The notes under the pieces are model-generated. The model did no database searches and had not been told where the DNA came from. It saw nothing but the letters and a program-made list of their open reading frames with translations. From a virus, in IMG/VR virus record IMGVR_UViG_3300045988_010917, positions 1 to 39,984 of that record: DNA of 39,984 bases, one strand, 5' to 3'. This document shows, piece after piece, positions 32,862 to 39,984 of the stretch (position 1 is the stretch's first letter; every line of letters starts with the position of its first letter). The translations under genes and the position numbers were made by a program.

Positions 32862-34997
32862 ATGGCAACAAGCGGAACCGTAAAAACAAACACAAAATAT
32901 GGCTCCTATTTTTGGGTCAAGTGGGAGATCAGCGGCAGTCAAGACATAGCCGGTAACAAGACTACCATTTCCTGGTCTTGTGGTCTGCACCCCGAGGAGC
33001 AGTACTACACAAATGCCATAAAAATGAGCGCGGTGGTCATTAACGGTAAAACTGTGTATTCCGGTGGCACATATTCCGACATCACGGATTACAAGGATCG
33101 TACCTTTGCCTCCGGCACACTGGATATTTCCCACAACAATGACGGCAGCAAGACCTTCACCGTTTCCGCCTTTTCCGGTTGGCTTTACGGGAACGGAGAT
33201 TATACCGCTTCGGCGGAGAGCTTTTCCCTGCCTGCCATACCCCGGGCGGCTACCATCACATCCGCACCCAACTTTACAGATGTGGACAACCCGGCCATTG
33301 CCTATGCCAATCCGGCAGGCTCAGCGGTTTCTGCGCTGGATGTGTGCATATCTCTGACCGGGTCGGCATCGGATATTGCTTACCGAGCCGTCAGCATTAG
33401 CGGCGGCAGATACACCTTCCAGCTTACCAATGCGGAGCGAGCCGTGCTGCGCAACAACACGACATTAACGCGAAAAGTCGTGTTCCTGCTGCGTACCAAA
33501 ATCGGCAGCACCTATTACTACGACACCGTAGAAAGGACATTTACCGTCACCAATAATGCGGCCACCCGGCCCAGTGAAGCTATTGCCGTGGCCCCTGTCA
33601 GCGCCCTGTCAGCGCCGTTCAACGCCCTGTATATCCAGGGAAGAACACAGGCCAAAATCACGCACACGGCCAGCGGAAAGTTTGGCGCGACCATAAAGCA
33701 ATATTCCGCATCCGTAGAGGGTAAAGCCTATTCGGGGAAAACAGCCACCAGTAACGCACTGCAAACGCCGGGCGTGCTGACCATCACCGGCAAGGCAACG
33801 GACAGCAGAGGGTTTTCCAATACAGCAGCTAAAAACGTCACGGTGCTGGCGTACAATACGCCCTCTGTGGTACGTAACGGCAGCACGAGAAAATTTGTAT
33901 GCGCACGGGCTACCTCTGACGGGACAATAAGCGAAGATGGTACGGCGCTTTATGTGGAGTGCTCTAAGTCCTTTGCCTCTTTGGCCGGAAACAATAAATG
34001 CACCTTGCGTCTGCGCTATGCGGCAGAAGGCGGCGGTTGGTCAAGTTGGATCACGCTTTTGGCGGAATCTTCCGGGAACAATTACGCAGGCGTGGTGCCC
34101 GGTGTCACCCTATCGGTATCGGTGGTATATACCATCGAGATTCAAGCGGTGGACAAGTTGGGCGAGAGCGGGTCGGCGAAAACAAGAATCCCCACATCCG
34201 AGATGACCTTTCACTTGGGCGAGAACGGTAAATCCGTGGGCATTGGGCGGTACGCCAGCGAGAGCGGAGAGAAGCGGCTGGATGTGGCCTGGAATGCGCA
34301 TTTTGAAAAGGGGCTGCAAGTCGGCGGTGCTTCCGAGCTGGGCAGCCATATGAACCAGAAGGTTACAGGCAACCCCTGGTATGGCCTGAATGACGGCACC
34401 AATCAGTGGCATTTACAGGCGTTCCAGGACAGCAATAAGTTAGCCCTTGGCCTGACCTGGGACAGTTCCTTCAAGATCGACACCAATGGCAACGTGACAC
34501 TGCCCGAGAATCTTACCGGGAAATATATCACCGGCACATGGCTGCAGGCCACGGCGGCCACGGACTTGGGGAAAGCGCCGCCCTATGTATGCGTATTTGA
34601 CGCCAACGGCTGGCTGTATAAACGGAAGCTGTCGGAGCTGTTTTCGGATATGGGCATCCCGGCACAGAAGGATTATGTGGTGGAGCGCGGCACATCCAGC
34701 TCCTGGCACTACGAGAAGTGGAACAGCGGGAAGTTAGAGCTGTGGCGGCAAACGACCTCCAGCAACTTGGGCACGACCGGGCAGATAAACGGCTGGTACT
34801 ACAGGGCGTACACGATGGCATTGCCATCGAATCTGCTCAAGAACATACAGGATGTGCAGTGCAACTGTGTGTGGGGAACCGGCGTGTCCTTTGCATCCGG
34901 CAGCGCTGACTCGGTGAATTTCAAGGCAATCTATTTCAGCAATCAAAATGGCGGGGCCGGTACGTTCTGGCACAGGATCACCGGCACATGGAGATGA
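32862..34997 (+). CDS. Tail fiber / receptor-binding protein candidate.
   Basis: 711 aa. It is the last large structural gene before the lysis cassette and is Ser/Thr/Gly/Asn-rich. Confidence 0.5.
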   Translation: MATSGTVKTNTKYGSYFWVKWEISGSQDIAGNKTTISWSCGLHPEEQYYTNAIKMSAVVINGKTVYSGGTYSDITDYKDRTFASGTLDISHNNDGSKTFTVSAFSGWLYGNGDYTASAESFSLPAIPRAATITSAPNFTDVDNPAIAYANPAGSAVSALDVCISLTGSASDIAYRAVSISGGRYTFQLTNAERAVLRNNTTLTRKVVFLLRTKIGSTYYYDTVERTFTVTNNAATRPSEAIAVAPVSALSAPFNALYIQGRTQAKITHTASGKFGATIKQYSASVEGKAYSGKTATSNALQTPGVLTITGKATDSRGFSNTAAKNVTVLAYNTPSVVRNGSTRKFVCARATSDGTISEDGTALYVECSKSFASLAGNNKCTLRLRYAAEGGGWSSWITLLAESSGNNYAGVVPGVTLSVSVVYTIEIQAVDKLGESGSAKTRIPTSEMTFHLGENGKSVGIGRYASESGEKRLDVAWNAHFEKGLQVGGASELGSHMNQKVTGNPWYGLNDGTNQWHLQAFQDSNKLALGLTWDSSFKIDTNGNVTLPENLTGKYITGTWLQATAATDLGKAPPYVCVFDANGWLYKRKLSELFSDMGIPAQKDYVVERGTSSSWHYEKWNSGKLELWRQTTSSNLGTTGQINGWYYRAYTMALPSNLLKNIQDVQCNCVWGTGVSFASGSADSVNFKAIYFSNQNGGAGTFWHRITGTWR

Positions 34998-35008
34998 GGA
35001 GGTATGCT

Positions 35009-35098
35009 ATGAATCCCTTGTGGCTGTTATTGATTATCCCCGCATCATCGTGCTTGGGGTTTATGTTTGCCGCTTTGCTGGCGGCAGGAAAGGAATGA
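35009..35098 (+). CDS. 29-aa hydrophobic peptide (below the ORF-track cutoff).
   Basis: MNPLWLLLIIPASSCLGFMFAALLAAGKE. ATG lies 6 nt after GAGGAGG. It has an ATGA overlap with the next gene. Confidence 0.4.
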   Translation: MNPLWLLLIIPASSCLGFMFAALLAAGKE

Positions 35099-35352
35099 AC
35101 ATGACGGAAACTATCATTGTGGCCCTGATTACCGGCGGCTTGTCGCTGCTGGGGGTAATCATCACCAGCAACAAGACCACCCGGGATGTGCAGGCCAAGC
35201 TGGATACGCATCAGGCCGTCACCGACACTAAGCTGGAAGAGTTGACCCGGGAAGTCCGGGAGCACAACAATTTCGCCCGGCGCGTCCCGGTGCTGGAGGA
35301 GCAGATCAAGGTTGCCAACCACCGCATCGCGGACCTGGAAAACAATCATTAA
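35095..35352 (+). CDS. XhlA-like membrane protein (lysis-associated).
   Basis: N-terminal TM segment (IIVALITGGLSLLGVIIT) followed by a coiled coil ending HRIADLENNH. It lies upstream of the holin. Confidence 0.55.
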   Translation: MNMTETIIVALITGGLSLLGVIITSNKTTRDVQAKLDTHQAVTDTKLEELTREVREHNNFARRVPVLEEQIKVANHRIADLENNH

Positions 35353-35392
35353 TTTTTGTGGTGCCCGAATCGGGCACAGAAAGGAGCAAACC

Positions 35393-35608
35393 ATGAAAAT
35401 CCCTGACAAGCTGTATGACATTCTCAAGTGGGTGGTCATCATCGTCCTGCCGGCCATCGCCACGCTGTACGCGGCCCTGTCCGCCGTGTGGGCCTGGCCG
35501 TACTCCGACCAGGTCGTGACCACCATCACCGCCGTGGACACGTTCCTGGGCGCTGTGCTGTGCATCTCCACGGCCACTTACAATAAGGAGGGCAAAATCA
35601 ATGGCTAA
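35393..35608 (+). CDS. Holin.
   Basis: 71 aa with two TM segments (ILKWVVIIVLPAIATLYAALSAVW, AVDTFLGAVLCIS). It overlaps the endolysin start. Confidence 0.75.
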   Translation: MKIPDKLYDILKWVVIIVLPAIATLYAALSAVWAWPYSDQVVTTITAVDTFLGAVLCISTATYNKEGKING

Positions 35609-36266
35609 GGTATTTCTGTCCCCCAGCAACCAGTACGATAACCGCTACGCCTACGGCAATACCACGGAGGGTGTGCAGTGCGGCAAGATCGCCGAGGCTT
35701 GCAAAGCGGCCTTGGAGCGCAGCGGCGTGACCGTGAAACTGATGCATGACGAATCCATGCAGGAGAAGTGCCAGGCATCTAACGCCTTCGGCGCAGACCT
35801 CCATGTTCCCATCCACACCAACGCCTTTAACGGCACGGTTAGCGGCACCCGCATGTTCTGCTTTAACAGCAGCGGCGAGGGCATGAAGGCCTGCAAGGCT
35901 ATTTTTAATCGGCTGGCCCCGGTGACCCCCGGCACCAGCGAGAATATCCGGGTGGATGCCTCCCTGTACGAGGTGCGGGTGCCCAGCGCCCCCACGGCCT
36001 ATATCGAGTGCGAGTTCCACGACAACGCCACCACTGCCAAATGGATCGTGGAGCACACGGTTGACATCGGCGAGACCATCGCCCGGGGTATCTGCGACTA
36101 CTTCGGCGTGTCCTTCAAGGAGAAGGAGCAGCCCAAGCCCGCCCAGCCGACCGGCGATAAGCTGTATCGCGTCCAGGTCGGCGCCTTCGCCGTCCGCGAG
36201 AACGCGGAGAAGATGCTCCGGCGGCTGAAGAATGCCGGATTCGACGGATTCATCCGAGAGGGCTAA
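35601..36266 (+). CDS. Endolysin: N-acetylmuramoyl-L-alanine amidase with a C-terminal SPOR domain.
   Basis: Amidase_3-type core (LHVPIHTNAFNG...AYIECEFHDN). The SPOR-like tail is YRVQVGAFAVRENAEKMLRRLKNAGFDGFI. Confidence 0.85.
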   Translation: MAKVFLSPSNQYDNRYAYGNTTEGVQCGKIAEACKAALERSGVTVKLMHDESMQEKCQASNAFGADLHVPIHTNAFNGTVSGTRMFCFNSSGEGMKACKAIFNRLAPVTPGTSENIRVDASLYEVRVPSAPTAYIECEFHDNATTAKWIVEHTVDIGETIARGICDYFGVSFKEKEQPKPAQPTGDKLYRVQVGAFAVRENAEKMLRRLKNAGFDGFIREG

Positions 36267-36366
36267 GGGCATAATTTCACAAACGGGCTTAAAAATCTGG
36301 ACGAAACTGGGGCAACGATGCGCCGACCCCCTGTTTCCGCCAAAGCTCCGCAAGTCCACGGCGGCT

Positions 36367-36615
36367 ATGATCGCCATGAATACAACTTACCGAGCCATCC
36401 GCGCAAAACTGCGCAGTATGGCCCCTCAGCGTGCCATTGATTACATCGCCGCGCTTGATCTTCCGGGCGACGAAGCGTTTTGCATCATCGCGTGCGACGT
36501 CAAGCAACAATCCAGACAGCAGGTTGCAGACAGGCTGTTTTCGTCGGTCGAGTATGTCAAGAGGCGCCGCCGCAACGGTTACCAAAAGATTGCCGACCAT
36601 ATCAAAAACCCATAA
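36367..36615 (+). CDS. Sigma-70 region-4-like / small HTH regulator (start uncertain).
   Basis: LPGDEAFCIIACDVKQQSRQQVADRLFSSVEYVKRRRRNGYQKIA resembles a sigma region 4 HTH. No good RBS was seen. Confidence 0.45.
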   Translation: MIAMNTTYRAIRAKLRSMAPQRAIDYIAALDLPGDEAFCIIACDVKQQSRQQVADRLFSSVEYVKRRRRNGYQKIADHIKNP

Positions 36616-36621
36616 AGTAAA

Positions 36622-36666
36622 GACCCAACAAAGACCTTTTTTAGGCTCTTTGTTGGGTCTTTTTTG
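36622..36666 (+). terminator. Strong rho-independent terminator.
   Basis: GACCCAACAAAGA pairs with TCTTTGTTGGGTC (a 13-bp perfect stem). TTTTTT follows. Confidence 0.85.
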
Positions 36667-36701
36667 CTGTATTTTATAGATATACAAGGGGGTGCGGCGA
36701 A

Positions 36702-36851
36702 ATGAGCGTAATGGAACGGCTGTTGACGTGTGGGTATACGGCGGATATGGCACGTGATATATGCAATCAATACGGAGCTGACACCGCTGGATTGCTTTTC
36801 CTTGTGCGCCTTGTAGAGCTTTTCCACGACGATAGGCGAGAATATGTATAG
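36702..36851 (+). CDS. 49-aa hypothetical protein (below the ORF-track cutoff).
   Basis: MSVMERLLTCGYTADMARDICNQYGADTAGLLFLVRLVELFHDDRREYV. ATG lies 7 nt after AAGGGGGTG. It overlaps the next gene by 8 nt. Confidence 0.45.
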   Translation: MSVMERLLTCGYTADMARDICNQYGADTAGLLFLVRLVELFHDDRREYV

Positions 36852-37221
36852 CTATTACAATGAAAATCCACGAGGTAAAAACGTAGGCGATTGTACCGTC
36901 AGAGCAATATCGAAAGCCACCGGCAAGGACTGGGGCGAAACATATCTTGCACTTGCGATAGAAGGGTATTTGGATGGCGATATGCCGTCTGCAAATGCTT
37001 GCTGGGGCCGGTATCTCCGCAGCATCGGATACCGGCGGTACATCGTGCCGGACACTTGCCCGGATTGCTACACGGTGGGACAGTTTGCGGAAGATCACCC
37101 GGTAGGCACCTATATTCTGGCCCTGTCCGGCCATGTGGTTTGCGTGCAAAATGGGACAATTTGGGACAGCTGGGACAGCAGCAACGAGAACGTATTGTAT
37201 TACTGGGTTAAGGAGGACTGA
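36844..37221 (+). CDS. Small protein with a possible papain-like Cys/His arrangement (hypothetical).
   Basis: NPRGKNVGDCTVRAIS...LSGHVVCVQNGTIWDSWD. The order Cys...His...Asp is compatible with a C39/NlpC-like fold. This is not verified. Confidence 0.4.
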   Translation: MYSYYNENPRGKNVGDCTVRAISKATGKDWGETYLALAIEGYLDGDMPSANACWGRYLRSIGYRRYIVPDTCPDCYTVGQFAEDHPVGTYILALSGHVVCVQNGTIWDSWDSSNENVLYYWVKED

Positions 37222-37223
37222 TT

Positions 37224-37658
37224 ATGGCTTACACACCTTACGGATGGCAGAACCCCTATTATCCACCCCCGATGCAGGATAACCTGATGCAGATGCGGCA
37301 AATGCAGCAACCCCAGATGCAACCTCAATTGCCGCAGGTTCCTCAAAATCCGGTGGCGCAGAGCGGTGTACAGTGGGTCAGCGGGGAACAGGAGGCCCGA
37401 AACTGGATGATTGCGCCCAACGCTGCCGTGGCGTTGTGGGACAGCTCCGCACCGACGGTGTATCTCAAGAAGGCAGATGCCAGCGGCAAACCGTCGCTTA
37501 CGATCTATGACCTTGTAGAGCGCACAGAAACGCCCCGTACAGCGCCAAAGGCAGACACGGTGAAGTTTGTCACCCGGGAAGAATTTGACGCGCTGGCGGC
37601 GGTTGTGGACGGCATGAAGGGCAAAAAGAAGGCGAAGGAGGCGGACGCGGATGACTAA
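37224..37658 (+). CDS. Hypothetical protein with a Gln/Pro-rich N-terminus.
   Basis: PYYPPPMQDNLMQMRQMQQPQMQPQLPQVPQNP is followed by a globular part and a Lys-rich acidic tail. Confidence 0.6.
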   Translation: MAYTPYGWQNPYYPPPMQDNLMQMRQMQQPQMQPQLPQVPQNPVAQSGVQWVSGEQEARNWMIAPNAAVALWDSSAPTVYLKKADASGKPSLTIYDLVERTETPRTAPKADTVKFVTREEFDALAAVVDGMKGKKKAKEADADD

Positions 37659-37863
37659 CCCCTTTTTTAACGCTTTAGGCGGCGGGAACACGCCGGTAGG
37701 TTGGTTCCAGCAAATGGTGCAACAGTTTAATCAGTTCCGGTCCTCGTTTCAGGGGGACCCGAAGGCAGAGGTTGAGAAACTTTTGCAGTCCGGCAGAATG
37801 AGCCAGCAGCAGTTGAACCAGCTGCAAGAAATGGCGAAGCAGTTTCAGGGCTTGCTTAAATAA
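37651..37863 (+). CDS. Hypothetical 70-aa Gln-rich protein.
   Basis: MTNPFFNALGGGNTP...QQFNQFRSSFQGDP...MSQQQLNQLQEMAKQFQGLL. It overlaps the upstream gene by 8 nt. Confidence 0.55.
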   Translation: MTNPFFNALGGGNTPVGWFQQMVQQFNQFRSSFQGDPKAEVEKLLQSGRMSQQQLNQLQEMAKQFQGLLK

Positions 37864-37908
37864 GCAAGTTATAAGCAAAGTGTTTGCTAAATTGGTAGGT
37901 TAATCAAC

Positions 37909-37922
37909 ATCGTGGCCACGAT
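37909..37922. promoter_or_regulatory. Perfect 14-bp palindrome ATCGTGGCCACGAT upstream of gene 37954 (candidate operator).
   Basis: Exact dyad in the 90-nt intergenic region. An AGCAAAgtgTTTGCT dyad at 37875-37889 lies nearby. Confidence 0.35.
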
Positions 37923-37953
37923 TTGATAATAAAAAACTGAAAGGAGTTTTTCT

Positions 37954-38685
37954 ATGTCTCTTTCTTCTGACGGCGCTCCCATGCTGACGATGCCCGTGGC
38001 TCCCACCAACTCCGGCGGCAGCGGCGGTTTTGGATGGGATGGTAATGGCAGTTGGTTCATCATCATCCTGTTCCTGTTCGCCTTCTTCGGCTGGGGCAAT
38101 AACGGCTGGGGCAACAACGGCAATTCCGGCAGCGTGGTAGACGGCTATGTGCTGTCTTCCGATTTTGCCAACATTGAGCGCAAAATGGACCTCATTAACG
38201 GAGGCCTGTGCGACGGTTTCTATGCCGTGAACACCACACTGCTGAACGGCTTTGCCGGTGTCAACCAAAACATGAACAGCGGTTTCCAGACCGCCGAGCT
38301 CTCCCGCGCAAACCAGCAGGCCGCGCTGATGCAGCAGCTTAACGCTATGCAGATGCAGGCCGCCGAGTGCTGCTGCAACACCCAGCGCAGCATCGAGGGC
38401 GTGCGCTACGACATGGCGGCGCAGGCGTGCGACACGCGCAACACCGTGCAGAACGCGACGCGCGACATCGTGGAGAATCAGAACGCCAACAGCCGCGCGA
38501 TTCTCGACTTCCTGACGCAGAGCAAGCTTTCCGACCTGCAGGCCGAGAACCAGGGCTTGAAACTGGCAGCAAGTCAGGCAGCGCAGAACAGTTACCTGGT
38601 CTCGCAGCTGCGCCCCTCTCCCATTCCGGCCTACACGGTGCAGAATCCCTATTGCTGCAACCAGTTCGCCGGTTGCGGCTGCTGA
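37954..38685 (+). CDS. Hypothetical membrane protein: Gly/Asn-rich N-terminus with one TM segment, a Gln/Asn-rich coiled region and Cys clusters.
   Basis: GGSGGFGWDGNGSWFIIILFLFAFFGWGNNGWGNNGNSG. It also contains the internal CCCNTQ cluster, and the C-terminus is YCCNQFAGCGC. Confidence 0.65.
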   Translation: MSLSSDGAPMLTMPVAPTNSGGSGGFGWDGNGSWFIIILFLFAFFGWGNNGWGNNGNSGSVVDGYVLSSDFANIERKMDLINGGLCDGFYAVNTTLLNGFAGVNQNMNSGFQTAELSRANQQAALMQQLNAMQMQAAECCCNTQRSIEGVRYDMAAQACDTRNTVQNATRDIVENQNANSRAILDFLTQSKLSDLQAENQGLKLAASQAAQNSYLVSQLRPSPIPAYTVQNPYCCNQFAGCGC

Positions 38686-38754
38686 CAACTGCATAGCATA
38701 GCTTTTTGCCGACAATGGCAAAATGGTCGGCCCCGTGCCGATACTACGACAAAC

Positions 38755-38787
38755 GCGGCGGGGCAATCGCTCCGCCGCTGTATTTTT
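38755..38787 (+). terminator. Rho-independent terminator.
   Basis: GCGGCGG pairs with CCGCCGC (7 bp). TGTATTTTT follows. Confidence 0.65.
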
Positions 38788-38804
38788 AGAAAGGACTGAA
38801 GTAT

Positions 38805-39227
38805 ATGGCTGAATATGTGAATCCCGGTATCGTGACTGTCCCGGCCGGGCAGAATGTCCCGATGATTGCAACGGCGGCTTGCGGCAAGCCCTGCATCGTC
38901 CACCGCGAGGGCAGCGGTCTTGTTACCCTGCGTGGCCTGACGCAGCAGTGCAAGGCGCGATTTAAGGTCAGCTTTGGCGCGAATATCGCCGTTCCCACCG
39001 GTGGAACGGTAGGCGCAATCACCGCGGCGCTCACAGTCAACGGCGAAGCGCTCACCAGCGCCACGGCGACTGTAACGCCCGCTGCGGTGGAAAACTATTT
39101 TAACGTCTACGTCAGCGCCATTGTGGAAGTGCCGCGTGGTTGCTGCGTTACGGTGGCGGCGAAAAACACCAGCGCGGAGGCGGTCAGCTTTGCAAACAGT
39201 AACCTGACCATCGACCGTGTGAGCTGA
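38805..39227 (+). CDS. Hypothetical beta-rich protein, possibly a BclA-C-terminal/TNF-like jelly roll (tentative).
   Basis: Alternating beta-strand pattern (FKVSFGANIAVPTGGTVGAITAALTVNGEAL...NVYVSAIVEVPRGCCVTVAAKNTS...LTIDRV). Confidence 0.4.
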   Translation: MAEYVNPGIVTVPAGQNVPMIATAACGKPCIVHREGSGLVTLRGLTQQCKARFKVSFGANIAVPTGGTVGAITAALTVNGEALTSATATVTPAAVENYFNVYVSAIVEVPRGCCVTVAAKNTSAEAVSFANSNLTIDRVS

Positions 39228-39243
39228 GAAAGGAGAATAAATT

Positions 39244-39612
39244 ATGGGTATGAAATCTATGTATGATCTGCGCGATATGCTCTGCAAGGAGCTTGAAGAA
39301 ATCACCCGCAAGGGCGAGCTTGGCGCGGGAGACCTCGACATTGCGCATAAGCTGACCGACACCATCAAGAATATCGACAAAATCGAGGCACTTGAAGAGG
39401 GCGGCTATTCCAGCCGCTATCACGACGACGATATGCGCAATTCGTATGGTAGGGGCGCTTCTTACGCGAGACGGCACTACGTCCGCGGGCACTACTCCCG
39501 TGACGGTGCGATGGACAAGATGAAACGTCAGTTGCAGGAGATGCTTGACGATGCGGACGATGACAGCATCCGTAGAGCTATCCAGCGCTGCATGGACACG
39601 ATTGAGGGCTAA
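39244..39612 (+). CDS. Hypothetical protein.
   Basis: ORF after AAAGGAG. It is charged and helical, with a central Arg/Tyr/His-rich stretch. Confidence 0.6.
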   Translation: MGMKSMYDLRDMLCKELEEITRKGELGAGDLDIAHKLTDTIKNIDKIEALEEGGYSSRYHDDDMRNSYGRGASYARRHYVRGHYSRDGAMDKMKRQLQEMLDDADDDSIRRAIQRCMDTIEG

Positions 39613-39627
39613 AGGGGGTGCATCCCC

Positions 39628-39927
39628 GTGTTAGACGAGACCGAGATCAAGCGCTGGATAGCGCGGCTGGAAACCGAGGAATCCAGCTGGTCGAACTACG
39701 AAAAGCTGGCGGTGCTGTATGCGCTCCGCAATCAACACGCGCCCGAACCAATGATGTACTCTGCCGCCCCTGCTCCGGTCGAAGTGTATGGCGATAGCGA
39801 CTTTCTGCGGGCGGTTGCTGACGTGCCGCAGGACAAGGCATGGGAGATCATGGATGAGTTGATGGATAACCTCAAGATTGTCAATGAGCGCGTATACAAC
39901 AGCATCATGCGGAAACTGGAAAAGTGA
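39628..39927 (+). CDS. Hypothetical protein (its 3' end is duplicated at 1-84).
   Basis: GTG start 6 nt after AAGGGGGTG. It ends at the bidirectional terminator. Confidence 0.6.
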   Translation: MLDETEIKRWIARLETEESSWSNYEKLAVLYALRNQHAPEPMMYSAAPAPVEVYGDSDFLRAVADVPQDKAWEIMDELMDNLKIVNERVYNSIMRKLEK

Positions 39928-39984
39928 AAAAAATCCCCCGTCATTACGGCGGGGGATTTTTTGGGCATACTTCCCCTTCGCCGA
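39844..39984. repeat. Terminal direct repeat, copy 2 (identical to 1-141).
   Basis: Exact match read by eye. It includes the second copy of the terminator hairpin (39927-39962). Confidence 0.9.

Overview
The window is one complete, circularly assembled temperate tailed-phage genome of the siphovirus type. Bases 1-141 are identical to 39844-39984, so the unit length is 39843 bp. The host is probably a Gram-positive Clostridia-type bacterium; this is inferred from the XhlA-like/holin/amidase-SPOR lysis cassette, the RinA-like late activator and the large serine integrase.

Gene order:
- Lysogeny module, mostly on the minus strand and more A/T-rich (160-4059): serine integrase, a membrane-anchored XRE regulator, a zinc-ribbon protein, a DUF2513-like protein, a CI-like repressor, a switch region and a Cro-like gene.
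- Recombination/replication module (4166-7568): ERF, NinB-like, a frameshifted HNH-like gene, SSB and an organizer-like gene with internal iteron-like repeats.
- DNA-modification block (7576-10649): a C5-cytosine methyltransferase with circularly permuted motif order, split over two overlapping frames, followed by a radical-SAM protein.
- Early/middle genes (10646-16386): RusA, many small Cys-rich ORFs, a secreted 3D-domain protein, ASCH, Lar-like and RinA-like proteins.
- About 780 nt with no credible ORF and dense RNA secondary structure, containing a tRNA-Trp(CCA)-like gene (16390-17169).
- ParB-N6/N4 methyltransferase, TerS, TerL, portal and MuF with an extra JAB/MPN-like C-terminal domain.
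- Scaffold, major capsid, connectors, major tail, frameshift chaperone, tape measure, Dit, Tal and fiber.
- Lysis cassette.
- Three terminator-delimited moron-type units of uncharacterised proteins (36367-39927) next to the integrase.

No rRNA, CRISPR array, transposase or reverse transcriptase was seen. All functional calls rest on motif recognition by eye and on gene order; no database search was possible.
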